DNA from: Minisyncoccota bacterium
GTDB lineage: Bacteria; Patescibacteriota; Minisyncoccia; Phycocordibacterales; JBAYGS01
DNA length: 64,000 nucleotides
Direction: 5' to 3'
Assembly: GCA_041666545.1 (NCBI GenBank)
Contig: JBAYGS010000002.1
Location: 6,065-70,064 of the forward strand
A model generated the notes under the pieces. That model saw only the letters and a program-made list of their open reading frames with translations. It ran no database searches and had not been told where the DNA came from. Positions within the stretch are counted from its first letter, which is position 1, and every line of letters starts with the position of its first letter. Shown piece after piece: positions 27,594-37,704 of the stretch. The translations under genes and the position numbers were made by a program.

Positions 27594-27596
27594 CCC

Positions 27597-28277
27597 ATGA
27601 TTTACTTCGACAAAGTTTCAAAAATTTATCCAGACGAGTCGATTGCCCTTTCCGAGGTTTCTTTTTCGGTCGAGCCGAAGGAATTTGTCTCAATTGTTGG
27701 CCATTCCGGTGCCGGCAAAACTACTTTGCTCAAGATGCTTTTGGCTGAAGATCGGCCGACCGAGGGTTCCGTTTTTTTTGAATCAACGAACATTCACAAT
27801 CTCCGCAAGGCCGATATGAACACCTACCGTCGGAGAGTTGGGGCGGTTTTTCAAGATTTTCGCCTCTTACCTCACAAAACTGCTTATGAAAATGTGGCAT
27901 TCGCTATGGAAGCGGCCGGCAAGACCGATGAAGAAATCGAGTCCGATGTTCCGCATGTTCTGGAGCTCGTTGATCTTGGTCCTAAGATGTGGAATTTCCC
28001 TCACCAGCTCTCCGGTGGCGAGAAGCAACGAGTGGCGATTGCGCGGGCGATTGTAAACCAGCCGGATATTATTATCGCCGATGAACCGACCGGAAATCTT
28101 GATCCGGTCAACACCTTTGAGATTGTCCAAATCTTAAAAAAAATCAATGACCTGGGGACAACCGTGCTTTTGACTACTCACAATAAAGGCGTTATTGATT
28201 CTCTAGGGCACCGCGTGATTACCATGGAGCGTGGTAAAATTATCCGTGACGATAAAAAGGGAAAGTACGCCCTCTAG
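27597..28277 (+). CDS. ftsE: Cell division ATP-binding protein FtsE
   Basis: [26 protein letters not shown], Walker B IIIADEP. Start chosen at [11 protein letters not shown]. An extended -10 TGCTATAAT (27509-27517) and a heptamer array lie inside the longer ORF call. Confidence 0.85.
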   Translation: MIYFDKVSKIYPDESIALSEVSFSVEPKEFVSIVGHSGAGKTTLLKMLLAEDRPTEGSVFFESTNIHNLRKADMNTYRRRVGAVFQDFRLLPHKTAYENVAFAMEAAGKTDEEIESDVPHVLELVDLGPKMWNFPHQLSGGEKQRVAIARAIVNQPDIIIADEPTGNLDPVNTFEIVQILKKINDLGTTVLLTTHNKGVIDSLGHRVITMERGKIIRDDKKGKYAL

Positions 28278-28308
28278 TCTTAAACTACTCACTACCCACT
28301 ACTAACTA
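28274..28308 (+). repeat. (ACTACTC)-family heptamer array x5 in the ftsE-ftsX spacer, abutting the ftsX start
   Basis: actactc actaccc actacta actactc actaatt. Non-coding copy of the pilin-leader motif. Confidence 0.75.
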
Positions 28309-28321
28309 CTCACTAATTAAA

Positions 28322-29248
28322 ATGCTCTGGATCAACCTCAAAAGAATAGTCAAAACCGGTTTCGTTAATTTTTGGCGCAACGGCTTCATCTCGCTCTCGA
28401 CCGTTCTGGTTATGACTGTCACTTTGTTTGTAATCGGTTCAGTTATTTTTTTGAGCGTTATTTTGCGGTCTTCACTTACCGAACTGAAACAGAAAGTTGA
28501 TGTTAATGTTTATTTTGTCACTTCCGCGCCCGAGGACGGTATTCTGACCATCAAGAAGTCGCTCGAGGCTCTGCCGGAGGTTTTGGGCGTGGAGTATGTT
28601 TCCAAAGACCGGGCGCTCGAAAATTTCAAGAAGCGCCACGAGAATGACACCTTAACCCTACAGGCGATTGCCGAACTTGGCGATAACCCTCTCGGCGCCG
28701 TGTTAAATGTTAAGGCCAAAGAGACTTCCCAGTATGAGGGTATTGCCAAGTTTTTGGAAAGCAAGACCGTTCTCTCGAAAGACGGTGCCTCGATTATTGA
28801 TAAGGTTAACTACTACCAAAACAAGATTGCCATCGACAAGTTGACCCAGATTATCGATTCGGCCGAAAGATTGGGTGTTGCCGTCACGGTTATTTTAGCG
28901 ATTCTATCAATTTTAATCACTTTCAATACCATCAGGCTCATCATTTATATTTCCCGAGAGGAAATTTCTGTGATGAAGTTGGTGGGGGCGAGCAACAAAT
29001 ATATTCGCGGGCCGTTTATGATTAGTGGCATTATGTACGGACTGTTTTCCGGAATAGTCACTCTCGTAATCTTTTATCCGCTAACCTATTCGCTCGGTAA
29101 AGTGAGTGCGAATTTTTTTGCTGGCATCAATATCTTCAACTACTACATCAGTAATTTCTGGCAAGTCAGCCTGATTATCTTGGGGGTCGGGGTTGTCCTT
29201 GGCGCAATCTCAAGCGTTCTCGCGGTATCGAAATACCTGAAGGTCTAG
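28322..29248 (+). CDS. ftsX: Cell division permease FtsX
   Basis: 308 aa. N-terminal TM, periplasmic domain, and three C-terminal TM helices. Immediately follows ftsE. Confidence 0.8.
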   Translation: MLWINLKRIVKTGFVNFWRNGFISLSTVLVMTVTLFVIGSVIFLSVILRSSLTELKQKVDVNVYFVTSAPEDGILTIKKSLEALPEVLGVEYVSKDRALENFKKRHENDTLTLQAIAELGDNPLGAVLNVKAKETSQYEGIAKFLESKTVLSKDGASIIDKVNYYQNKIAIDKLTQIIDSAERLGVAVTVILAILSILITFNTIRLIIYISREEISVMKLVGASNKYIRGPFMISGIMYGLFSGIVTLVIFYPLTYSLGKVSANFFAGINIFNYYISNFWQVSLIILGVGVVLGAISSVLAVSKYLKV

Positions 29249-29251
29249 AGA

Positions 29252-29286
29252 GGTATATGGTATCAGGTATATGGTATATGGTATGG
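29252..29286 (+). repeat. (GGTATAT) heptamer array x5 between ftsX and the next gene
   Basis: ggtatat ggtatca ggtatat ggtatat ggtatgg. Related shorter arrays lie at 7596-7623 and 29677-29711 (ATACTT family, abutting the pyrG ATG). Confidence 0.75.
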
Positions 29287-29299
29287 ACCAAAGATAAAG

Positions 29300-29668
29300 A
29301 TGGAAAAGATACAAAGATTTAAGGATTTAGTTGCCTGGCAGGAAGCCCATAAGCTAGTACTCAAGGTATATCAGCTTACCAAGTTATTTCCAAAGGATGA
29401 AATGTTCGGGCTGACCAGTCAGTTAAGAAGGGCCGTGGTTTCTGTGTCTTCGAACATTGCCGAAGGTTTTACAAGAAATTCAAAAAAAGATAAATCTCAC
29501 TTTTACTCAACGGCCAAAGGCTCGGTGTCGGAAGTTGAGAGTCAACTACTGATTGCGAAAGATTTAGGATACATTTCCCTGAACGATTTTGAGAATTGTG
29601 AGGTGCAGTTGTCTAGAGTAGACAGACTGGCTTCTGGGCTGATAAAATCAGCCCAAGATTGGAAGTGA
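29300..29668 (+). CDS. Four-helix-bundle protein (23S rRNA intervening-sequence protein family)
   Basis: 122 aa. FKDLVAWQEAHKL...SNIAEGF signature of this family. Confidence 0.7.
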   Translation: MEKIQRFKDLVAWQEAHKLVLKVYQLTKLFPKDEMFGLTSQLRRAVVSVSSNIAEGFTRNSKKDKSHFYSTAKGSVSEVESQLLIAKDLGYISLNDFENCEVQLSRVDRLASGLIKSAQDWK

Positions 29669-29711
29669 CATTTCTTCATACTTATACATATACTTTATAC
29701 TTATACTTTTT

Positions 29712-31355
29712 ATGTCTCATAAAAAAACCCATAAGTTCATGTTCGTAGTGGGCGGGGTGATGTCTGGAGTCGGGAAGGGTGTCACGACGGCTTCAATCGG
29801 CACGATTTTGCAGTCCAAAGGTTTTAAAGTCAGTTTAATTAAAGCCGATCCGTATCTCAATGTGGATGCCGGCACGATGAATCCGACTGAACACGGGGAA
29901 GTTTTCGTCTTGGATTCGGGCCTTGAGACTGACCAGGATATGGGCAATTATGAGCGGTTCTTGGGTCAAAGTATGCCGGCCGACAACTATATGACGAACG
30001 GCATGGTTTTCAAATATGTAATCGATAAGGAGCGGGCGCTAGGCTATAAAGGTAAGTGTGTCGAGCCGGTCTATCATATTACCGAAGAAATCTTGCGCCG
30101 GATTAAGACCTCGGTCCACAAAACTGACGCTGATATCACAGTGGTTGAAATCGGGGGCACGGTTGGCGAATATCAGAATGCGATTTTCTTGGAGGCCGCT
30201 CGAATTCTCAAACTGCGTCATCCCAAAGATGTGATGTTTGTTTTGGTAAGTTATTTGCCGGTGCCGAACAATATTGGCGAGATGAAAACTAAACCGACTC
30301 AAAATGCGGTTCGTCAGCTCAATTCTTATGGCATCAACGCCGACATGATTATTGCGAGAAGCGAAGTGCCGCTCGATAAAAAGCGCAAAGAAAAAATTGC
30401 ACTTTCGACCGGTGTGCCGATGGACAACGTGATTTCGGCTCCCGATATTGAGAGCATTTACGATGTGCCTATAAATTTTGAGAAGGACGGTCTTGGCAAT
30501 CGAGTTTTGGACATTTTTGACTTGAAGCCGAAGCACAAGGACCTGGTTGAGTGGCGACGAATGGTCTCAAAAATAAAAGGTGCTAAAGAGAAAGTTAAGA
30601 TTGCCATTGTTGGAAAGTATTTTGATACCGGCGATTTCGTTCTTTCCGATGCCTATATCTCGGTCATCGAGGCGATTAAGTTTTCGGCCGGAAAAGTTGG
30701 GGTGAAAGCGGAAATTTCTTGGTTGAATGCTAAAAATTTTGAAGGCAAAAAATCCGATGCCTCTGAACTGAAGAAATATCAAGGCATCATTGTACCGGGT
30801 GGTTTTGGTGAGTCCGGTATTGAAGGCAAACTTAAGGCTATCCAATTTGCCAGGGAACACCAAATTCCTTACTTCGGTCTTTGCTATGGCATGCAACTTG
30901 CGGTGGTTGAATACGCGCGAAATGTCTTGGGCTTGGTCGATGCCAATACTACTGAAATTAATCCAAAAACTGCCAATCCGGTAATCGACATTATGCCTGA
31001 TCAAAAGCAAAAGTTGGCGGAAGGTAATTATGGCGGCTCCATGCGCTTGGGTCTTTATCCGGCTACGATTAAAAAGGGGACAGTCGCCTATGAAGCTTAT
31101 GGCGCGACCACAATCAAAGAGCGCCACCGCCATCGTTTTGAAGTTAATTTTGAATATGTTGAAGCGCTAGAGAAAGCCGGTTTGGTTTTCTCCGGTGTCT
31201 CGCCAAGCGGCAAGCTGATGGAAATTGCCGAGTTGCCGAGATCCAAACACCCATTCTTTTTGGGGACTCAATTCCATCCTGAGTTTTTAGCCCAGCCTCT
31301 AAAACCTCATCCGCTTTTCACTGAATTTATTAAGGCTGCTAAGAACAAAAGATAG
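29712..31355 (+). CDS. pyrG: CTP synthase
   Basis: 547 aa. N-terminal synthetase domain (GGVMSGVGKG) and C-terminal glutamine amidotransferase domain (GLCYGMQ). Confidence 0.9.
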   Translation: MSHKKTHKFMFVVGGVMSGVGKGVTTASIGTILQSKGFKVSLIKADPYLNVDAGTMNPTEHGEVFVLDSGLETDQDMGNYERFLGQSMPADNYMTNGMVFKYVIDKERALGYKGKCVEPVYHITEEILRRIKTSVHKTDADITVVEIGGTVGEYQNAIFLEAARILKLRHPKDVMFVLVSYLPVPNNIGEMKTKPTQNAVRQLNSYGINADMIIARSEVPLDKKRKEKIALSTGVPMDNVISAPDIESIYDVPINFEKDGLGNRVLDIFDLKPKHKDLVEWRRMVSKIKGAKEKVKIAIVGKYFDTGDFVLSDAYISVIEAIKFSAGKVGVKAEISWLNAKNFEGKKSDASELKKYQGIIVPGGFGESGIEGKLKAIQFAREHQIPYFGLCYGMQLAVVEYARNVLGLVDANTTEINPKTANPVIDIMPDQKQKLAEGNYGGSMRLGLYPATIKKGTVAYEAYGATTIKERHRHRFEVNFEYVEALEKAGLVFSGVSPSGKLMEIAELPRSKHPFFLGTQFHPEFLAQPLKPHPLFTEFIKAAKNKR

Positions 31356-31399
31356 ATTCAAGAATCTGGATTTAGGATTCAAGAATTAAATCATAAATT

Positions 31400-31840
31400 A
31401 TGAACAACAAACCTGTAGCCTTTAGGTTGGTTCTCATGTTCTCGGTTGCCGGACTTCTTTTTGCCGGTTATTTAAGCGGAGTTAAATTATTTACCAGTAC
31501 CTGTGCCTTTAACGAAACTTGCCCTTATTTTCTAGGCTATCCGGCTTGTTGGTATGGCTTTGCCATGTATTCGGCCATGACTATTTTGGCCGTTTTGGTT
31601 TGGACCGGAAAAATGAATGTGGCTAAAGGACTTAATTCCATTCTCGGAGTTTCAATCTTGGGAATTATTTTTGCCGGTTATTTTAGTTTGATTGAAATGC
31701 CTCGACTTCTTAGCGGCGGTTTTACCGCTTATGTTTTAGGCTTGCCGACTTGCGTACTCGGTCTAATTTTTTACATTTTGATTTTAATCTGCGTCTTAAT
31801 CACCAAAAAGAAAGTCACCGATTTGACAATAGGTAATTAG
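31400..31840 (+). CDS. Small polytopic membrane protein with paired cysteines (VKOR/DsbB-like, tentative)
   Basis: Four predicted TM helices. TCAFNETCPYF loop cysteines. Confidence 0.35.
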   Translation: MNNKPVAFRLVLMFSVAGLLFAGYLSGVKLFTSTCAFNETCPYFLGYPACWYGFAMYSAMTILAVLVWTGKMNVAKGLNSILGVSILGIIFAGYFSLIEMPRLLSGGFTAYVLGLPTCVLGLIFYILILICVLITKKKVTDLTIGN

Positions 31841-31860
31841 ACTATGAGCATGACCCAAAG

Positions 31861-33105
31861 ATGAGTAAAATTTTCTTTAGATTTCTGCCGTTCTGGGCTT
31901 TCCTGGTTTTCTTTAAGTTTGGCGGCGGCCTTCATTATTCACTTGTCTCTCCTCTTGGTGAAAAATTGTTTCCTTTGTGGTTAGTCGGTTTGCTTATGGG
32001 TGGTGGTTCGATCGTGCAGCTTCTTTTGGATGTTCCCGCTGGACACATTTTGGATCGCTACGGTTACCGCCGTCTTTTAAAATTGACAACTTTCGTCTTT
32101 TTGTTCGCGGCGTTGTGTTTTACATTTGGCCTGACTAAGACAACCTATCTTTTGAGTCTGGTAATCAGCACGTTTGGCTGGCTTTTTTTCGGTCCTGGCG
32201 TCAATGCCTATATTTTGTCACACGCGCCTAAGGAAAGTGCCGGCCGGTTCATATCACTTCGGGACGTGTTTGGTTCGGTCGGTATTGTTTTGGCGAGCGC
32301 GGCGCTACCTTTAGTACTTTTAATTTCTTCAAAAGGGATGGGTTACTTATTATTTTTCCTTTTGTTTGTGTCGCTGATTATGCTTTTCTTCAGTCCGAAG
32401 GATACGGTTTCAGTGCATTCGGAGATCAAAATCCCGACCCATCATCACTATATTCGTCGCCACTCCTTAGTTACATCTTTAAAAGCAATAAGCCGGCTTA
32501 ATCCAGCGAGTGGTCTGTTACTCCTGCTTAATCTGACAGGCTCGATATTTTACGGGGCTATTTGGTTTACGGTGCCTTTGGTTATGGCTGGCCAAGCAGA
32601 TAACGGGTTGCTCGGTATCGGTCTCGGCATGTTTGATTTTTCTATTGTTTTGCTCGGATTTCTGCTTGGTAATTTGGCCGATAAGGCAAACCGCCGTTCG
32701 TTGGTTTTCTTCGGGCTTATGATTTTTTCAATTGCAGCCATGTTTCTTGGTTTTAATTTTGGGTGGCTCTTTCTGCTCTTCGGTTTCTTGGCTACCGCTG
32801 GCGATGAAATGGCCGGTATCTCGCTCTGGTCATGGTTGCATTCCCTCGATAGAAACCATGATAACGACGGTGCGATTTCCGGTGTAATTAATTTGTTTAA
32901 CGATTTCGGCTGGGCAATTGGCCCGATCATGGCAGGCTTCCTGTATAGTTCGATTGGGGCGACCTGGACCTTGGCTCTGAGTGCGATTCCGATTTTCATT
33001 CTCTGGATTATTTATCAGCTTTTAATTCATAAGCATAAAGTTTATTCTCAGGTTACAGCCTCGGGTGTTCCTGTAAAGCCACATCGCGCGAGACACAGGG
33101 GATAG
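31861..33105 (+). CDS. MFS transporter
   Basis: 414 aa, about 12 TM segments. DRYGYRRLL motif after TM2. Confidence 0.7.
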   Translation: MSKIFFRFLPFWAFLVFFKFGGGLHYSLVSPLGEKLFPLWLVGLLMGGGSIVQLLLDVPAGHILDRYGYRRLLKLTTFVFLFAALCFTFGLTKTTYLLSLVISTFGWLFFGPGVNAYILSHAPKESAGRFISLRDVFGSVGIVLASAALPLVLLISSKGMGYLLFFLLFVSLIMLFFSPKDTVSVHSEIKIPTHHHYIRRHSLVTSLKAISRLNPASGLLLLLNLTGSIFYGAIWFTVPLVMAGQADNGLLGIGLGMFDFSIVLLGFLLGNLADKANRRSLVFFGLMIFSIAAMFLGFNFGWLFLLFGFLATAGDEMAGISLWSWLHSLDRNHDNDGAISGVINLFNDFGWAIGPIMAGFLYSSIGATWTLALSAIPIFILWIIYQLLIHKHKVYSQVTASGVPVKPHRARHRG

Positions 33106-33156
33106 TGGGCAGTTGACGTTATAATTAGTTTGGTTTTAATAAAATAATCAAAAATT

Positions 33157-34032
33157 ATGGATGTTTCAGTAGGAATCGGCTTGGCTTTTGTGGCGATGCT
33201 TTGTTGGGGGTTTGGTGACTTTCTGATTCAAAAATCTACTCGGAAAGTCGGGGACTGGGAAACTCTCTTTGTGATTTGCGGTTTCGGCGCATTAATTTTG
33301 CTGCCATTTGTTTGGCGCGATTTGCCGGCGATTTTATCCGGTGACGGGAGGTCACTCCTGATTTTGCTTGGTACGGGCATAATTCTGTTCATCGCGGCGT
33401 TGTTCGATTTTGAAGCGTTGAAAAAGGGTAAATTGGCGGTAGTTGAGCCAATCTGGTCACTTGAGGTGCCGGCGGCCGCAATCTTAGCATTCCTGATTTT
33501 GGACGAGAGTATCACTTTAACTCAAGGCTTTCTGATTGCAGCATTAATTATCGGTCTGATCTTGGTCTCAATTCACACCGAGCATTCGCTTAAGAAATTC
33601 CTACTTGAGAAAGGAGTTCTAATCGCATTTTTTGCGGCATTTATAATGGGTGCAGCTAACTTTTTCTATGGCTGGGGCGCTCGGGTCTCCGATCCTCTGA
33701 TGATTAATTTTTTCGTGAATGTCTTTGTGACAGTTGCGACAACAATCTATCTGGTAGCCACCAAGAAGTTTGGCAAGACTCTTAAAGATGCAATTTCCTA
33801 TCGAAGTGTGCTTTTGCCAATGTCGATTTTTGATAATGCGGCATGGATTGCTTTTGCTTTTGCAATGAGTCTTGCGCCGATTGCGATCGCCACTGCACTT
33901 TCTGAGAGTTATATTTTAGTTGCCGTGATTTTGGGCTTGGCAGTAAACAGGGAGCGTATTGATTTGCATCAAAAATTTGGCTTAGTGATTGCTTTGATTT
34001 CTGCGATTATTCTCGCCGTCGTGACCGTTTAA
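33157..34032 (+). CDS. EamA/DMT family transporter
   Basis: 291 aa. Two five-TM repeats. Confidence 0.65.
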   Translation: MDVSVGIGLAFVAMLCWGFGDFLIQKSTRKVGDWETLFVICGFGALILLPFVWRDLPAILSGDGRSLLILLGTGIILFIAALFDFEALKKGKLAVVEPIWSLEVPAAAILAFLILDESITLTQGFLIAALIIGLILVSIHTEHSLKKFLLEKGVLIAFFAAFIMGAANFFYGWGARVSDPLMINFFVNVFVTVATTIYLVATKKFGKTLKDAISYRSVLLPMSIFDNAAWIAFAFAMSLAPIAIATALSESYILVAVILGLAVNRERIDLHQKFGLVIALISAIILAVVTV

Positions 34033-34047
34033 AAAAACCGCCCCTAA

Positions 34048-34899
34048 TTATGGGGCGGTTTGCTTGCTGGCTTTCGCCATTCTTTTTTCGACGATTCGGT
34101 CGAGCCAAAGGACGATTGGGCGCGGCCGCGGCGGCCGCGCTTCAAACACCGCTTCGGTGGTCTCCTTCCGATGAGTGAAGACCTCGCTCCAAGGCGCGTA
34201 AGTGCCCAATATCAAGTCGGCAAGCGGGATTCCACAGAGGAAACCACTGATGCCTTCGTTGGCCTTGATATCGGCATGGTGGCGCAAATGGAAGACATAA
34301 AATTTCTGCCAGAGTGAGCCGAACAATCGGTGCTCGATTTTCTTCTGCCAGAATTTCTCGTATGAGAGGTGCTCAGTGGCGTGGACGATTTCGTAGAAGA
34401 TAATCGACCAAGTGATTGCCACCCAAACCATCAAGATTACCGGCGAGGTGGGGAAGGCAATTTGGAGCGGGATTATAAACGGCAAGGAGAAGAGGAAGAA
34501 GCCCGAGAGTGTGTACCAAGGAAAGTACGATGCTTCGTGCTGGCGTTCCTCGAGAATCGGGTAGCGGTTGAATACCCATCTTTTGCCGTCTGGCGAGTTG
34601 ACCAATCGCACCGTAGTTAGGGCGTGGTGCAGAGTGTGCTGTTTACAAAGTCGCTTCAGGAATCCAATCGGGGCGGCGTGAAGAATGTACCGGTGGAAGA
34701 ACCACTCGGCAAAACAACAGGTCACTTGTCCAAGAATGAAAATTCCCAAATACGAAATCCGACTTGCGCTGAGTTGGTTTTGCCAAGTAGTCGGGCAGGT
34801 GAGACTGAAGGCTGTTAGGAACAGGGTCAGGGTCGTGCCGACCACGATGGCAAAGCGCCAAACTGAAAATGGTCTTTCGGGTGGAATATTTTTTTCCAT
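34048..34899 (-). CDS. Fatty acid hydroxylase / sterol desaturase family membrane protein
   Basis: His boxes HRYILH, HTLHH, HATEH and HLRHH. GC-rich island. Confidence 0.65.
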   Translation of the reverse strand: MEKNIPPERPFSVWRFAIVVGTTLTLFLTAFSLTCPTTWQNQLSASRISYLGIFILGQVTCCFAEWFFHRYILHAAPIGFLKRLCKQHTLHHALTTVRLVNSPDGKRWVFNRYPILEERQHEASYFPWYTLSGFFLFSLPFIIPLQIAFPTSPVILMVWVAITWSIIFYEIVHATEHLSYEKFWQKKIEHRLFGSLWQKFYVFHLRHHADIKANEGISGFLCGIPLADLILGTYAPWSEVFTHRKETTEAVFEARPPRPRPIVLWLDRIVEKRMAKASKQTAP

Positions 34900-35028
34900 A
34901 ATAAAGAACTGTTTAAGTTTTTCCCACGGTATTCTATCATGCGAGCGCTTTTAAAGCTTGGCTGAGAAGAAATTAAAAACCGCCCAAGTTTCGACGGTCG
35001 AAACCTGGGCGTGTGCTACCGCACTTGT

Positions 35029-35883
35029 CTAGAAGATATACCGAACACCTTGCTCGACCCAACCGGCGAAGCCAGTGATATCCTGGGTTTCCCAGTTGTC
35101 GGCATAGTGCATCAAGTGCATCTTCGCTTTGACCTCAGGAGGCAAGGTCCGTAGTTCGGCCAAAGGGGCGTGAACTGCGCCGGGGAAGAATTGCACATCA
35201 TGGAACATGACGCTCGAACGGTCAGCGTATTCGTGAATCAGGTCTTCGTCAAAACGGGTGTCCATCGAGATGAACACATGACCGTCAATGAAGAGTCCGA
35301 AGCTCACGAACGAGGCTTGCCAATCGGGTGCCTTGTCAGGAATGTGCTTGGTCCGGAACATCTCAATGTGCATGCCGCCGAAGTTCACTTCGTAAACTTC
35401 GCGCGGTTGCTTCTTGAGCCAACCGGGTCGGATCGGATCAAAGAAGTCGGTGAAGCACAACCGTTTGTGCGAATTCTCTTCTTCCTCGTTCCACTCCATT
35501 CCGCCCCGCAGGCTCCGGTCCCACAAGACTTCTTGATAGGCCTCGGTGATTATCATCTTGAGCTTCGGTCGCTTCTGGAAGGGGATACCGACATAGCGCC
35601 GATTGAGGGCGAGGCACTCGAGACCGCCGATGTGGTCGGCGTGCGAGTGGCTGATGAGGAGGTTGTTAATCTCCCCGTGGTCGAGACGGGCGGTCGTGGC
35701 TAAGGCCAAAGGCCCGGTCATCCCGAAGTCCACCATGAGGTGTTCTTTTCCTTTGATGAGTAGGAGGTTGGTCTGGAAATGCTTTCTGGCAAAGGCCGAG
35801 CCGGTGCCGATGAAAAACACTTCAAGATTACCGTCATTGGTGAGGGACAACTTTTCCGTAGGCGCGAGATATGCGGTTTTCAT
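35029..35883 (-). CDS. MBL-fold metallo-hydrolase
   Basis: HSHADHIGG motif. Start chosen at MKTAYLAP. GC-rich. Confidence 0.7.
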   Translation of the reverse strand: MKTAYLAPTEKLSLTNDGNLEVFFIGTGSAFARKHFQTNLLLIKGKEHLMVDFGMTGPLALATTARLDHGEINNLLISHSHADHIGGLECLALNRRYVGIPFQKRPKLKMIITEAYQEVLWDRSLRGGMEWNEEEENSHKRLCFTDFFDPIRPGWLKKQPREVYEVNFGGMHIEMFRTKHIPDKAPDWQASFVSFGLFIDGHVFISMDTRFDEDLIHEYADRSSVMFHDVQFFPGAVHAPLAELRTLPPEVKAKMHLMHYADNWETQDITGFAGWVEQGVRYIF

Positions 35884-36015
35884 AGAACTATCCTTTCTTT
35901 GTGTGGAGTCGCAGGATTGCGTCTCTGGCTCAAGTGTAGAGGATTGACTGGACTCCAACAATAGGTTTTGTCGAAAAGTTCGACAGAAAATTTAGGGTGT
36001 GCTAGACTAGTAAAC

Positions 36016-36798
36016 ATGAAAAAACCAACTGATAAAGAGCTAGTGGAACTCATCAGTAAGCTCGGCTTCTCGCCCAAAGCCGCCAAACTTTATTTAGCTT
36101 CACTCGAATTGGGCGAAGCCACAGTTCAGGACTTGGCCAGACAAGCCAAGGTTGAAAGAACCACTGCCTATTACACGCTTCAAGAGCTCAAAGAAGCCGG
36201 TGCAATCTTTGAGACCAAGCGTAATAAAAAAGTTTTCTTCTTGCCGGAGATGCCACGCAATCTTTTACGGAACACTCGCGAGAAACTTTTGGACTTTGAA
36301 GATGGTCTGGAAGAGTTGGAGGAGAGAAAGCACGCTATTTATCGTAAGCCGAGAATTTATTTTCTCTACGGCGCCAGCGGTTTCAAGCATGTCTGGGATA
36401 TGATTTTTAAATCGGAAGAAAAGGAGTTTCGGATTATCACCGAAGGTTATAGCTTTTTGGATTTCGTCAAGGAGAAGTACATTTTGGATGAAATAATTAA
36501 AAACAAAAAGAAACTGGGCATTAAAAGCCGACAGATTATTACCGACTCGCCTTACGGCCGAGATATTGTGGCCAAAGACACGCAGGAGAATAGGGAATCA
36601 AGGATTTTGCCGAGCCGGATCAAGGTGCCCTTTACCGAGCTCATCGCCGCCGACTTCGTGGCCTTTATCTCACCGCGCTGGGACAATACTCTCTTTGTGA
36701 TCGAAAATGAGAACTTTGCCGAAACCCGCCGCAACCTCTTCGAGGCGCTTTGGGGCACTTTGCCTAATCCGTATAATAAATTTGGCGAGCCAGAGTAA
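36016..36798 (+). CDS. TrmB-like HTH transcriptional regulator (tentative)
   Basis: N-terminal winged HTH (AKLYLASLELGEATVQDLARQAKVERTTAYYTLQEL). Start chosen at MKKPTDKEL. Confidence 0.5.
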   Translation: MKKPTDKELVELISKLGFSPKAAKLYLASLELGEATVQDLARQAKVERTTAYYTLQELKEAGAIFETKRNKKVFFLPEMPRNLLRNTREKLLDFEDGLEELEERKHAIYRKPRIYFLYGASGFKHVWDMIFKSEEKEFRIITEGYSFLDFVKEKYILDEIIKNKKKLGIKSRQIITDSPYGRDIVAKDTQENRESRILPSRIKVPFTELIAADFVAFISPRWDNTLFVIENENFAETRRNLFEALWGTLPNPYNKFGEPE

Positions 36799-36810
36799 GG
36801 GTGGGTTGAC

Positions 36811-36914
36811 CCCGTTAGAGATATTTTGCTAAGACTTTACAAATATATCTAACCTATTTTTTGTTTAGGCTCGTGAGCACATTTGAGGCAACGGTCATCT
36901 TGGATGACCTATCT
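36811..36914 (+). ncRNA. Long stable hairpin: 15-bp perfect stem (ACCCCGUUAGAGAUA / UAUCUCUAACGGGGU) enclosing about 74 nt with internal hairpins. Function unknown.
   Basis: Perfect inverted repeat at 36811-36825 and 36900-36914. Inner hairpin GGUCAUCUUGGAUGACC. No U tract follows. It sits between a gene stop and tRNA-Gln. Confidence 0.35.
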
Positions 36915-36984
36915 CTAACGGGGTTGAATAAAAGCCAATTTTGAAGTATCTTTCTATTATCTGAAAAGGGTTTGTGCCTAAAGC

Positions 36985-37055
36985 TGCGGGATCATCTAAT
37001 GGTAGGATGCGACCCTCTGGAGGTTGTCATCTTGGTTCGAGTCCAAGTCCCGCAG
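36985..37055 (+). tRNA. tRNA-Gln (CTG)
   Basis: Acceptor UGCGGGA/UCCCGCA, D arm AUCU-AAUGGUA-GGAU, anticodon loop CUCUGGA, T arm CUUGG-UUCGAGU-CCAAG. No encoded CCA. Confidence 0.75.
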
Positions 37056-37090
37056 CTTTGGGTGGAAATTGTGATTAATCTCATTAATTT

Positions 37091-37621
37091 ATGACAACGA
37101 TAATTTTTGAAGCGCACGGAACAACCTTTGATAATGAAGCCCATTTGGCTTCTGGGCATAATGATGTGGCCCTTTCGCCACTCGGTATTCAGCAGTCAAA
37201 AGAAATGGGGGAAAGGTACAAGGACGATCATTTTGATGCGATATTTTGTTCAGATTTGCAGCGGGCGTACAAAAGTGCAGAGATTGGTTTTGGTAGCAAG
37301 TGGCAAATTATAAAAGATGCTAGACTCCGCGAGTGTAATTATGGTGATTTAACCCAACACCCCGGTGAAGAGGTTGGTAAGGAGAAACCCCTTAGAATTA
37401 AAACTGCTTTCCCTGGTGGCGAAAGTTACGAGCAAACGACGGCGCGAATGAAATCATTTCTTGAGGATCTCTCAAGGAATTATCCCGGAAAGAGAGTCAT
37501 GATTATCGGTCACAGGGCGACACAGTATGGTTTGGAAAATCTAATAAACCATGTCCCACTTGAGAAACTTGTGGCCGCCGATTTTAAATGGCAGCCTGGC
37601 TGGAAGTATGTGCTAAGGTAA
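37091..37621 (+). CDS. Histidine phosphatase family protein
   Basis: FEAHGTTFDNEAHLASGHNDVALSPLG N-terminal phosphohistidine-type motif. 176 aa. Confidence 0.6.
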   Translation: MTTIIFEAHGTTFDNEAHLASGHNDVALSPLGIQQSKEMGERYKDDHFDAIFCSDLQRAYKSAEIGFGSKWQIIKDARLRECNYGDLTQHPGEEVGKEKPLRIKTAFPGGESYEQTTARMKSFLEDLSRNYPGKRVMIIGHRATQYGLENLINHVPLEKLVAADFKWQPGWKYVLR

Positions 37622-37704
37622 AATTATAATAGTGAGATTAAACCTTGCCGAGCTGGGACCTAAATCTCGCGGAGTTTTACAAAAAGTGATAACATTGTGG
37701 AATC

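Noticed and set aside
27486-27596. ORF-track start of ftsE at 27486, which would give a 37-aa N-terminal extension.
   Set aside because: The extension is hydrophobic nonsense without homology. It contains an extended -10 TGCTATAAT and the ATACCAT heptamer array, so the start was moved to 27597.
30039-31133. Minus-strand ORFs of 165 and 188 aa inside pyrG, and similar antisense or alternate-frame ORFs elsewhere (for example 453-680, 8921-9373, 17098-17466, 51743-52357, 41758-42207).
   Set aside because: They overlap strongly supported genes on the other strand or frame and have no motifs. They are treated as spurious.
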